A stretch of DNA of 62,628 nt, the filler included, from Stramenopiles sp. TOSAG23-6 (Eukaryota): assembly GCA_900128565.1 (NCBI GenBank). It is 10 parts of 10 records of this genome, joined end to end, with 100 filler letters (N's around TTAATTAATTAA, not from the genome) between each part and the next. Parts side by side here need not be neighbours in the genome. Positions count along the whole stretch, not along the records: positions 33,323 to 44,231 come from LT636286.1; positions 44,332 to 55,232 come from LT636287.1; 8 more parts are not named here. One strand, given 5' to 3'. A model generated the notes under the pieces. It made no database searches, was not told where the DNA came from, and saw only the letters and a list, made by a program, of their open reading frames with translations. The translations under genes and the position numbers were made by a program. The stretch's first letter is position 1; each line of letters begins with the position of its first letter. Shown in pieces: positions 34,176 through 46,505 of this stretch.

Positions 34176-36754
34176 ATGATGATGAAAATACAAAACATTG
34201 TGTTTATTACTTTCACATTTCTGTGTGTTTGTTTTACTGTGAACTCTCTTGGTGTATTTCGTCAAGGAGAGAAACTTACTCATAGTTTATCGCGCGGCCG
34301 CAGTAGCAGCTCTCGCAGTTCATCGCGCAGTAGCAGTAGCAGTAGCAGCTCTCAAAGCCCCGCCTCGCGCCCACACCCCCATTTGCACCCACGCCGCCAT
34401 GGCGGCCGCCCTGTTTCGCGCAGGTCGCCGCGCGTGAGCTCAGACACGGCGATACAGCCTGGAATCTTATTCATTAAAAGCGTGCGTACTAATTTATCGA
34501 ACTGCTGGGAAGGTAGGCATGAAGGTCGATCTTGTGAAGCCTGGATAAGAATCAATGCCCCTCCAGGACGTAATCTACAAAATTTTGAAACTGAAGTACG
34601 CAAGGAATTTAGTAGGGATGGGGATTATACTAGATACATTGGATATGAAATGCCGTATAATACTTTGGATGACTTAATCCATGATTTAACGCACGGCCAT
34701 ATCATAACTGAAGTGCTCGAGAAATCGCAGATGAAGAAAAAAGAAAAATCAAGAACATTGCGTTCAATGAAATTGAAACCTCTAAAATTTATCGAATACC
34801 TTCAGGGTATACGAAATATAGGGATGCCTCTTTTGAGCCCACAAGAGCGGTCTAAAATTCAAGGTTATACATTTAATGACATCTATATAGAGTTCTATAT
34901 AAAGGTACGTTTTTTTCCCTAAACAATTTTGTACCAAAAAAAAAAGAAAAAACATTTGTAGATAATTCAGTACCTAACAATTTGTTTTTAACCAAAAAAA
35001 AAAAAAAATATTTCTCAAAAATTCATGGATTTCAATCAGTAGATGCAATAAAACCATGGATACAGTTACGTGGGCCTGGATCTATAACAATTACAAATAT
35101 TAGTATAACTGGGATTCCAGAAATGGATACAGCTTCAGGAATTGGTAAACAAAAGAGAGATGCGTCAAAAAAAGCAGATGTATACCCGGAAATAGAATAT
35201 TTCAGCTCCAGTGCAGGCAAGATCGTGAAATGGGATGATAAAAAAAACTATAAAAAAAATGTTTCAGCTGCAGCCTTTACAACAAATTTGAAAATAGATT
35301 TTCAAAATTTGGAACATGTTAAAAAATCACTTTCCATTCTTGTTAAATTTTATGATCATGAGAGGGTTGGTAAGGATGACCTTATAACAAGTATGTACTT
35401 TACGCAAAGTATTAAGCAAGAGGTCGTTATTGAATCCGAAATGTGGTCGAATGACATCATCAATAGATCTATAACCCTAAGTAAATCACCTGTAACGGTA
35501 AAAAGTGTAAGCGTAAGTGTAACAGTAAAAATTGATGGTTTTAAATTGCTGAAACCTCGTCCATTCCATTGGGCTTGTAATCAACGTAAAAGAAAAGATT
35601 TTCGTGATTTAACAGTAGCTGAAAAAGAAACACTTTTTGAAGCATTTAATGTTTTAAAAGGGACATCAAGCCAGGCAGAAGATTCACAAAATATTTATGA
35701 TTCCTTTGCAGAAATTCATTCAAATAAGCAGAATCAGATTCAAGCATATGGAACATCAGCCTATCTTCCTTGGCATCGAAAGTTTCTATTTGAAATGGAG
35801 AGTGCTCTTCGTGATTTAAAGACATATCACGGTGTATTTAAATGTATAACATTGCCATATTGGGATTGGGCTGAAGGTTCAGAATTGTGTGAACATGATC
35901 ATTCTAAATGTAAGACTTTGGATCAACATAACCCAGTGCTTAAATTAACTGGTGGGTCAGGAGGAGACCCAAACGATATAATGACGGAACACAACAAAAA
36001 AATAACGAAGCAATTCATAAAAGACGTGAAATCAAAGTGGGGTAATGTAGGTTGTTTGAGTGAAGTTTCTCCTTTCTTCAACTGGTTTGATACCAATGGT
36101 ATATGTGTAATTCGTGGTAGTAATTGGAGTTTGAAAGGAAAAGGATCTAAGCCTGGTGGTGGCGAAGGTGGTGGTGGTGGTGAAGGTGAAGGTGGTGGTG
36201 GTGGCGAAGGTGGTGGTGGTGAAGGCGGTGGTGTGAATCCTGGTCCATTACCTGGAATTTTTGCTCTATATGAAATGATTCACAATAACAAATCATATGG
36301 TCGTGCAGATGGATTTCGTCAAGCAATAGAAACTTTATCTACACAAATACTTCAAGCATTAGGTGGACACATTGGATCGGAATTTGCTGCACATGATCCG
36401 TTATTCTATATGCATTATGCAAATGTTGATCGAATTTGGACTATGTGGAAAGATTGTCATTACGATGCTAGTTATGAGAAATATGATGGTGAAACAAAAA
36501 ATGCGAAATTTGGTACAAAATTAGATAGTAAACTTTTATACAATCCTTATCCGGGTGTACATGCAAAAGACATAATTCCTACTTGGGATAAAAAAAAAAC
36601 AACCATAAGGTATTATACCATTAGTCTAGGTGTGGTATATGTTAATGATGATATAATGCAAGAAACGAAAAGGCTACAAAAGATCCGAGGAGAAAAAATT
36701 CCTAATTTAGTATGTAAAAAATATAAAAAAAAAGGAAAAACATCCTATAATTAG
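34176..36754 (+). CDS. Secreted protein with C2-like and tyrosinase-like domains; 2 exons
   Basis: Signal peptide, ADVYP...DHERVGKDDLI, YLPWHRKFL, LPYWDW, DPLFYMHYANVDRIW. Confidence 0.85.
34905..35026 (+). mobile_element. Family intron GT-AT, 122 nt
   Basis: aaag|GTACG...GTACCTAAC...ATTCAT|ggattt joins two long ORFs in frame. Confidence 0.85.
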
Positions 36755-37104
36755 AATTTCGTATTTCGACTTCCGTCGATCCAGTGCAAAAATTTGTTAC
36801 GCGAAATGTCGTTTTTTAAGTAACAAATCCGTACCATTTTTGTTACGTTTTGATTTTTGATGAAGGAATTTTTTTTGAAAGTTTGATTTTTGGTGAAGGA
36901 TTTTTTTTTTAAACAAATAGTGCTCCTGTGTTGGTCGTGTTTACATCAAGTTATGGTGTTTGTTATTAATAAACATGAGTTATTGTAGTTTTTATAAGTA
37001 ATGGAAATAAAATGAATAAATGTAACATGTTGATGTTTTTGTTGTGTTGTATGAATCAGTGTTAGTCAATGTATTTGCCAGTTGTGTTTATGAAGAGTTT
37101 GTGA

Positions 37105-40100
37105 ATGTCTGAGCTGTTTGAGCCAACTGAGCCGCCAGATCCTCCAGATCCCCCAGTTCCCCCGGATCCACCAGTGTTATATGTAAATACTACAAAGTTT
37201 CAGATGAAGAAGAAACCCAAGACACCAAAGGAGAGGATGAGAGATAGCCGGAAGCGGGCAGCTAATTCCATAGCAAGAAAGGGGCAAAGAAGTAGGAAAA
37301 ATCCTTCACGTCCAAAGACACCAAAGACACCAGCAAAAGAACGGATGCGAAAAATGAGGTGGAGGAAAGCTGAAGCTGCAAAGAAGAAATTGGCAGCTAT
37401 AAAAGATGTGCAACCTGAAGTTGTTGTGCCAAAGGTGTTGTGTGGTTTTGAGCCAGTTGAAGATGTTGTTCAAGGTATGAGGAATATAAATATAACTGCA
37501 AAATCGCCACCTATAGTAGATGATCTAAAAGTTGTAGCAGAAGGCATTGGAAATATCAATATAACTTTGGAATCAACACCTATAGTAGAAGATGTAAAAG
37601 TTGTAGCTGATTTCAATGTTGTATATGAACAGTTGTATGAAGAGTTGTATGAGCAAGAATTATTAATGGAATTAGAGGATAAAGTGGCGACTGAGGTGGG
37701 GAAAAAACAAATGGAGCTCGAAGCACAAGCAATATTTAATTTTGATTCATTTCCCATATTTGTTGATGATGAAATACAGACAGGTATAGCTGAGCAGTGT
37801 ATGGATTATGCTGAAGAAGAATTTGAATATGAACAGTTGTATGAACAAGAATTATTAATGGATTTGGAGGGAAAATTGGCAACTGAGGTGGAAGATGTTG
37901 AGCCCCAACTTGATGTTGAGCGAAATGATGAGCTACGAAAGGCTGCTTTGAAAGATTTACGGTTTGATCGAAAGAATTCTGTTGCTGCAGAAAGGGAAAG
38001 AATTAGAAAATGTAAAGAATATCATGATAAATTATTGGAGAAATGTAGAAGTAATAGACCTGCAGGTCTTCGTGGCGCAAATGTTGAAGAGGATTTGGCT
38101 GGGGCATTTAATGATATAGGTTGGATGAATGAGAGGTGTCCCGATTGTCAAGCTTATCTTTGGGCAGATGAGAGAAACAAAGATGGAACTTTTTCTGTGT
38201 GTTGTTCTAAAGGTCAAGTAAGGATTAAGCAGCAATATCCACCACTCAAATTGGTTAAGTTATATTCTGCTGCCAATGGTGAGTTGGAGTGTTCGAAAGA
38301 AGAAAAAAAGGAAGGAAAGACATACATGCGTCATATTCGTCAGTTTAATAGTTGTCTTTCGTTTGCATCATTTTGTGTGCATGATGAATCCGTCTGCCGG
38401 TCAGCCGGTGGTGTTTCCGACTTTCGCTTGCAAGGGCAAGCGTATAAACTAATTGGTAGTTTGAATGCGCCTGAAGGAAAGAAACCAAAATTTTTACAAA
38501 TATATTTTACAACAAGTGAAGATGAGACAAAAAATTTCCTAGAGGCTGGAAATTTGGCAGACGACAAACGTCCTTTAATGATACAATTGGCTTCTATAGT
38601 CAAGGAAGAAAATGAAATATTCAAAATGTTTAAGTGGGCCAATGACACATTCCAGCAAGAATTGGTAGATGAAAAACATGATGATTGTCGTTCTGAAGAT
38701 GTGGAGGGAAAAGTTGTTGGATCCTTGGAATTAAGACTAACAGATAGTTCTCGCCCCAGTGGTGCACATGAAAGACAATACAACCTCCCTGTGGTAGAAG
38801 GTGAGGTAGCTGCAATTATTGCAGGTATTGATTCCCCATCATGTGATCAAAGGGAGATTCGCGTTCGTTCTGTTGCTTCTGATTCATGTGATAGAATCAG
38901 TAGTTGTCATGCTCTATATGATCCGCTGACATACCCGTTGTTGCTTCCGAAAGGGACATGCGGATGGCATATTGGAATGAAGAAAGAAAATTGTAAGTCT
39001 TTGACTGCACGTCATTTCGCAGCGTATATGCTGTTTCAACGTGATATTCGTCGTGATGAAAGTGGTGAAATTATTCCGCTTTTGTCGAAGAATGGAAATG
39101 GGGAAATTGTTCAAAACATCAAGCTTGATTTTATACATTTAGGGGGTAGATTATATCAACAGTGGATTGTTGATCAATGGGTGAAAATTGAGGAAGGGAG
39201 GCTGAATTATTTAAGATTTAATCAAAAACAGATAAAGGCTGAACTGTACCAAGAGTTAGAAGAGGCCATTGCTGACGGCGATGCCCACAATGCAGGACGG
39301 CGGATAGTGTTACCAGCAACTCATAAGGGTTCTCCTCGGGACATGACTCAAAGGTTTGCTGATGCAATGAGAATTGTTGGTGGAATTCATAGTCCTGATA
39401 TTTTTTTGACAATGACATGTAATCCCCTCTGGCCGGAGATCCAGAGGGAAATACGAGTTGGGAGCACACCTCCTCCAGATTTGTGTTCTCGCGTATTTGC
39501 TCTTAAATTGAAGGAATTAACGGATGATTTATATAATAATGGAATACTTGGTGAACATGTTGCGCATGTGCATGTTATAGAGTATCAAAAGCGTGGTTTA
39601 CCCCACGCTCACATTTTGTTAATTTTAAAAGATGCTGATAGGCCGAAATGTGTGGAGGATATAGACAGATTGGTATGTGCTGAGATACCAGACCCTACCA
39701 TTTCTAAAAATCATGCACGGCTCCATGCAATTGTTGTTGGGAATATGGTGCATCGGTGCAATAATCATTGTTTGGATGATTGTGGAAAATGTACGAAGGA
39801 CTTCCCAAAAGATTACTGTAAGGAGACAAAAATGAGAGATGATTCATTTCCACAGTATCGTCGTCGGAAAGAAGAAGATGGTGGAATCATTGCAATTTCA
39901 AGAGGTAGAAAAATAACAAATCAAATGATTGTTCCGTATAATCCGTTTTTGAGTTTGAAATACAACTGTCATATCAATGTGGAAGTTTGTACTTCGATTT
40001 CTTCAGTGAAATATCTATTTAAATATGTATATAAAGGGCATGATCGAATAATGTATGAAGTTCGAGCATCTACTACTGATGATGATAGTATTCGAGATGA

Positions 40101-42834
40101 GATAAAGGAATATATTGATGCACGATATGTGTCTACAAGTGAGGCAACATCTCGCATATTGTCCCATCCAATGTATGAGATGTATCCTCCAGTTGAAAGA
40201 TTGGAGGTTCATGCTCCTAATGAGCAGTTTGTGTCATATCAGGAAAATTCAGATGATGAGCAAGAGAATGCAAATGCTGCTGCAGCTTTATTTCAGGCAA
40301 AACGTACACAGTTGACAGCATTTTTTTTTCTCAACCGTGAGGAAAAGCATTTTAAGCCGCTGCTAGGGCCGCAGTTGGGGTGTGGAAACAAACATAAATG
40401 TGGTTGTGAACCGTGTTGTCGTTACAAACCAGAAATTATACATCCAGCAGGCAAATGTACAAATGATGTTGTTGTTGATGTTAATATTAAACAAATCCAC
40501 CCAGCTGCATATACTAGCAAACGAAATGGTAAAATTAAATTTACAACAAGAGGAAAAACACCACATGTGAAATGTGCAAAAGAACAGAAAAAAAAATGTC
40601 AAGGAGGTAAGTTATGTAAAAAAAATAACCCCTCAGCAAACGATCTAACATATATGGAACTGCCGCGTTATTATAAATATGATCGTAAAGAAAAAAATTG
40701 GATTCGGAGAAAGTCGCCAAAGCAGAAAAATATCTTGGGTAGAATGCGTTTAATTCAGCCAAGCGCAGGTCCTGCGTACTATGTTAGGCTCCTTCTACAT
40801 AATGTGAAGGGGCCAACAAGTTGGGTTGATCTCCGAACAGTTGATGGAACTGTTTTTGAAACTTTTCAGGCTGCCTGTGTTGCACGTGGGCTTCTTGAGG
40901 ATGACCAAGAATGGTCACGTGTTTTAGAGGAAACAGCTGCATTAAAAAGTGGTTCGCAGTTACGGGGCCTATTTGTTATAATACTTACTGCATGTTTTCC
41001 AGCAGATCCGGCTTTTTTGTGGTCTCAATTCAAAGATGACCTTTCTGAAGACTTTGCATGGAAAAGGAAATTTGATGGAAGATGGCATGGGAATGGAATG
41101 CCGCCAGTGATTGAGGAGGATTATATGCTTGCTTTGGCTGACCTAAAAAATCGATTGGCGTTGTTTCAAAAAAATAATCCAAGTGACTATGGTCTTCCAG
41201 AAATAAATGAAGAAATCCTTGCTCGCTTCAATAATCAACCAGTTAGGTCACATGTACAGGCGCGTGAGATAACTGAAGCCTTGAATTATGACCTTTTAGA
41301 GCAATCTGAGATATATAACAATCGTATGTCATGCTTTAATGAATCCCAAAAACCAGCATTTTTAGAGATTAAAAATGCAATAGATGAAGAAAATGGTGGT
41401 TGTTTTTTCCTTGATGCATTTGGTGGTTCCGGTAAAACATTTTTGACAAATGCGCTCCTTGCATATACACGAAGCTTAGGGAAAATAGCATTAGCAACAG
41501 CAACATCAGGTATTGCTGCCGTTCTTCTTGAAGGCGGACGTACAGCACACAGTACCCTGAAAATCCCTATAAATGTTAAAGAAAACAGTAGCTGCTACAT
41601 AACAAAACGACAAGGACGAGGTAAACTCTTAAAAGAAACATCAATCATAATTTGGGATGAGGCATGTATGTGTTCTGCCTTATGCCTGAATGCAGTTGAT
41701 CGTACACTTCGAGAGATCCGAGAGTGCAATGAGCCATTTGGTGGTGTAGTTTTTGTGGTATGTGGCGACTGGAGGCAAGTTCTGCCAATTATACCCAAAG
41801 GATCTCGAGCACAAATCATAGGTGCAACATTCAAAAAATCACCACTTTGGAAACATTTCAAAACATTGAAGTTAAATATTAATGAGCGTGTTGCTCGAGC
41901 AGTGAACTCAGGTGAATATTCCAAAAAAGATATGGAAGATTGGTCAAATTATTTATTATCTATTGGAGATGGTACAGAGGAAACTCATGATACAATTGAA
42001 GATGACCTCATCAAAGTACCGGATAACATTGTGCTAAAAAACGATAAAGGTGAAGTCAGTCAATCTGTGAATGATTTAATTGATTTTACATTTTCGAATA
42101 TTCCAGGTGCAGATGTAGACCCAATTGAAAAATCCAAATATTACTCAACAAAGGCAATTCTAACCCCGAAAAATGTAGATGTGGATCTCATAAATCTTGA
42201 AGTGCAGAAGAAAATTAATGGTGAAAGCCATACTTATTTATCAGCAGATTCGGTTGATAAATCATCGACTGAATCTGCTCATCATTATCCGGTAGATTTT
42301 CTTAATACACTAAATATTAGTGGTTTGCCGTCCCATGAAATCACTTTGACTGTAGGGAGTGTCTGCATGCTACTCCGAAATTTAGATCCAGATAGTGGTA
42401 TGTGCAACGGTTCTCGATTCATTGTGACACACTTAGGTACAAATTTTATTAAGGGAGTCCTTGCAAATGGTTCAAAGAAAGGAAACACAATAATAGTTCC
42501 TCGAATAACTTTAATACCAAACAATACAAGATTCCCGTTTACATTACGTAGACGTCAATTTCCCATTCGTTTAGCATTTGCTATGACAATAAATAAAAGT
42601 CAAGGTCAAACATTGGAGCGTGTAGGTATTTATTTGCCAAAAGGTGTCTTTGCCCATGGTCAAATGTATGTTGCACTATCAAGATGTGGAAAACCACCAT
42701 CTGATGGAAAAGGAGTACGACTACTGTGTGTTAATGGTTGTAATCATGGTCTTTTAAAGCCAGGACCTAACTCAAGAGTTACAAAAGAAGGTGTATATAC
42801 AAAAAATATTGTATATCAAGAAATATTGAATTAA
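37105..42834 (+). mobile_element. Helitron with intact 1909-aa RepHel ORF; termini not defined
   Basis: CxxC Zn finger; Rep motifs FLTMTCNP, EYQKRGLPHAH and YLFKY; PIF1 motifs GGSGKT, DEA, GDWRQ, TINKSQGQT and YVALSR. Confidence 0.96.
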
Positions 42835-42960
42835 TTAAATTAAAGTTATGAAAATAAATTAATGAACTTATCATTAGAAAAATTATATAGTATTCTCCGT
42901 TTATTGAATAATCACTCCAATACATATTCAAAATTTTTATATTTTCAAAGTTAATTCACA

Positions 42961-43362
42961 TCAAACATCCAACTCCATTGGTTCAATATGTTGTCCAATT
43001 GATATCAAGTATTTCAACTCCTCTTCTTCAGCAGCTATGTGCTGCGTATATTCTTCTTCAAGATCATTCAGCATTTCACTCTCAATGCGCCTCATAAAGT
43101 CAACATAATTCTCGATTTCTCCAATATTTTCAAATGCTACACTATGTGACTTTGCTACTTCCCTCACAATATCCATCAGCTCTTCTTTTAACTCCTTTCC
43201 CTGCTCCTTTTCACACATATTCCTTCTGCGTAAAATATTTTCTTTTCTCCTACTTCGCAAACGCTCCTGAACTCTTTTACGCAAAACTGATCTCAACATT
43301 TGTTTTGAGGTGTTTTTTATACCTCTATTTCGAAGACTTCTCATTTTTATTGCTTCCTGCAA
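42961..43362 (-). CDS. Small protein, possibly RPA-interacting protein (RPAIN) N-terminal-like
   Basis: LR.RV.ERLRSRR...L.R.R helix followed by an acidic helix; recognised from memory only. Confidence 0.5.
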   Translation of the reverse strand: MQEAIKMRSLRNRGIKNTSKQMLRSVLRKRVQERLRSRRKENILRRRNMCEKEQGKELKEELMDIVREVAKSHSVAFENIGEIENYVDFMRRIESEMLNDLEEEYTQHIAAEEEELKYLISIGQHIEPMELDV

Positions 43363-43600
43363 AGAATATGTAAATCTTTCACAAAAACATATTCAAATCT
43401 CTCTTCAACAATTATTTCTCCGTAAAGAACCCGAGAACCTCCAAAAATAAAAATAAATTCAAAATCCTTCAATCTATGGCACAAACCTGTTTTTCTGAGG
43501 TGTCAAGTTTAAAAAAAAAACTTGACACCACAAACCTGTTTTTCTGAGGTATAAAAAAAAAATAATAAAAAAAAAAAAAAAAAAATTTGCAGGATCCAGG

Positions 43601-43672
43601 CACGAAATCTGAAAAAAAAATCATCACTTTTTGTTGAGCAAAAAAGTGATGATTTTTTTTTCAGATTTCGTG
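43601..43672. repeat. Perfect 32-bp inverted repeat with 8-nt loop
   Basis: CACGAAATCTGA9TCATCACT5 and its reverse complement. Confidence 0.95.
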
Positions 43673-43732
43673 TTCATCTGAGTTCGTATAAAATAATTTT
43701 TTTTAAAGACAAAATTTTTTTTTTTTTTTTTT

Positions 43733-44221
43733 ATCGGCAAAGTAATAAAACAACATTTTATATTGAATCTACCAAATATTTAACATTAAATTTATCAAAA
43801 GTTAATGTACAGATCCCAGAATTTCTTTTTTGAATAAATAAAAAAAAAATAATAAAAAAAAAAAAAAATTCGAAATTTGCCGGATCCGGGGGCTTTTTTC
43901 TCCCTGGATCCGGCAAATTTATTCGAAAATAATTTATAAAAAAAAAAAATTAAAAATAAATAAAAATTTAATAAATTAGACATTGGACAATATCACAAAT
44001 ACGTAAAAATTATTTCATTACAAAAAAAAAATTTTTAATAAAATTAATCCGAGATATACAAATTTCAGAAAGTAACGTACCGGACGAAAAAATGAGAAAA
44101 ACAGGTTCGTCCCCTCATATATCGGCAAAGTAATAAAAAAACATTTTATATTGAATCTACCAAATATTTAACATTAAATTTATCAAAAGTTAATGTACAG
44201 ATCCCAGAATTTCTTTTTTGA
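43733..44221. repeat. Two direct repeats of about 100 bp (43733, 44121) bracketing a GC-rich hairpin at 43874-43920
   Basis: ATCGGCAAAGTAAT...TTCTTTTTTGA twice; AAATTTGCCGGATCC...GGATCCGGCAAATTT. Confidence 0.9.
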
Positions 44222-44442
44222 TTACCGGGTTNNNNNNNNNNNNNNNNNNNNNNNNNNNNNNNNNNNNNNNNNNNNTTAATTAATTAANNNNNNNNNNNNN
44301 NNNNNNNNNNNNNNNNNNNNNNNNNNNNNNNTTTTATTTTTTTTTTTTTTCGTTAGGTACAAAATTTCAAACGAAAAAAAAAAAAAAAAAAAAATTTAAA
44401 TTTAAAATTAAATTTAAATTTAAAATTGATCCTGAAACGGAC

Positions 44443-46202
44443 ATTTTTTTTCTCTTGTTGCGGACCTGCATGACAATACTATCAAAAATATTTCATATAT
44501 TTGAAATTCGTTAGGTATACAAAATTGTCTATGAAAAAAAAAATGAAATTAGGGTTAGGGCTACAACTGTACACTACTGTATGATCTGCAATAAATGTAT
44601 TTTGGAAAAATATTTCAAAAAAAAAAAAAAAATTCGTTAGGTACAAAATTTCGTACGAAAAAAATTTCGATTTTTTTGTAAAAAAAAAAAAAAAAAATTA
44701 AAACATACATAACGTTCCTTTTGACCATGTTTTATTTGAAATAGGAAAAGATTTTTTTGTTTTTGAATTTTTTTTCAACTTTATTGTGTTTGAATTTTTT
44801 TTCAACTTTTTTGTGTTTGAAAATATGATTTCCTCTTTTTCTAGCTGAACTTCAGAATTGGTTTTAGTTTTAAGTGGATTTGCAATATGTATTGTGATTT
44901 TTTTTTTTTTGTTAAAAATAATTGTTAGGTACAACATTTCGTACGAAAAAAAAAAAATTTTTTGTTAAAAATAATCGTTAGGTACAACATTTAGAAAATG
45001 TTAGATAAAAAATTTTTAAAAAAAAAAAAAAAAAAAAAAAAAGACAACCAACACACGGTTTCATTCTTCGAAGTAATTCAGTCCTTGGCAATGCTAATTC
45101 GGGTGCATATGTCAATACACGTTCATACTTTGAACCACTCCCAGGAGAAATGCCAAGATAATTACAAGCTTCTTTATGTGTTGGTTTTGATGAGGATATC
45201 TTGGAAAATATATTTTAAAAAAAATTAAAATTTGTTAGGTACGAAATTTCGTATGAAAAAAAAAATATATTTCAAAAAAAATTAAAATTTGTTAGGTACG
45301 AAATTTCGTATGAAAAAAAAAATCATACTCAATATAAAAACATACCTGTTTTGGAAATAGAACATGGTGTAGTACTATAATACACTAATGTTGGTTCAGC
45401 ATTATTTGTCAATGCCATTACTACTTGCATTTGACCAGGTTTGTATTTTGGAAAAATATTTCAAAAAAAATCTAAAAAAAAAAAATCTAAAAAAATTCGT
45501 TAGGTACAAAATTTCGTACGAAAAAAATAAAAATAAATTCAAATTGAAAAAAAAAAGAAAAATGTACAATAAATCTACGTGCGGTGTTTGAACTTTTTCA
45601 GCTCCAATCAACACAGCCACATCTGGTGAAACGCGAACATTTGAAAATCCATTATTTCGTGCACAATTTCGAATGGTATTACGAAAACAAACTAAAAAAC
45701 GTGAAAACTCATCGACACAAAAATCTAAATGAATTGCATTTGAACCACGTTGAACGTGTGTATAATAATTCCTGAGATATGTTTTCCATGATTCAGAATT
45801 TTTACCATCTAAATGTACTTCACTTCTTGCACCAATGACACGTGTTGTTTTTTCTTTATTTCTCTCGGCAAATCGTATCAAATGATACATGAAATTACAC
45901 GGTAACGAAAACTCTTTTGTTGGTGCATACATCATCACACCAGGAATATCATGTAATGTAGTTGTACGCTCGATAGGTAAGACAGATACATTCTCATGAA
46001 TGATTGTAGTACCAAATTTTTTCCGCAACAGTGTTTTCTTTGTATATTTCTTGAGATCGTCAACAAATAAGCCACACGATTTTGTATCGATGCTCATCTT
46101 TTCATTTTTAACTGATGAATTTCTTTGGCGCTTCGGTCTAGATGATATTGATGAACAAATGGCATTTGATTGTTNCCGTTTGTGCATTNCAAGATGGTAC
46201 AC
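44443..46202 (-). CDS. Putative 2OG-Fe(II)/PhyH-like dioxygenase, multi-exon, 3' end truncated, start uncertain
   Basis: QTPHVD (HxD) and distal GTLFIADHT..HAGP after removing family introns. Confidence 0.6.
44595..44708 (-). mobile_element. Family intron GT-AT
   Basis: ttat|GTATG...AAATACAT|ttatt gives GTLFIAD. Confidence 0.85.
44887..45052 (-). mobile_element. Family intron GT-AT with duplicated core
   Basis: ccgtgt|GTTGG...CAATACAT|attgca. Confidence 0.7.
45196..45345 (-). mobile_element. Family intron GT-AT with duplicated core
   Basis: acag|GTATG...CCAAGATAT|cctca; the nearby AG is out of phase. Confidence 0.7.
45441..45567 (-). mobile_element. Family intron GT-AA
   Basis: ttatt|GTACA...AAATACAA|acctggt gives HVDLLPGQMQV. 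Confidence 0.8.
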
Positions 46203-46505
46203 TTATAAACAGGAGTAAAAATATATTGACTACTAAAGATGGAAGGTAGTTATATTACAATTCTTCTTCTCCACATAGCCTATATGGCCATGAAGTCAAG
46301 CATGTCAGTCATAATTTTTACCCGAGTCGGTCCCTTTTTTTTTTTTTGTTCTGGGGACGTTAATTTTGAACCGTTAACGGCTTTTTTTGTTGTAGCTTAT
46401 GTAAGGTCGTTTAGTCGGTGTAGTACACTATTTTTGCCTCGGAATTTTTTAAATTATAATCGATACAATCAGTTACAAACATTATCTAAAGAAGAGGAGT
46501 CATCA

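Noticed and set aside
36755-37104. Helitron 5' TC terminus
   Set aside because: Several TC candidates; cannot be fixed from a single copy
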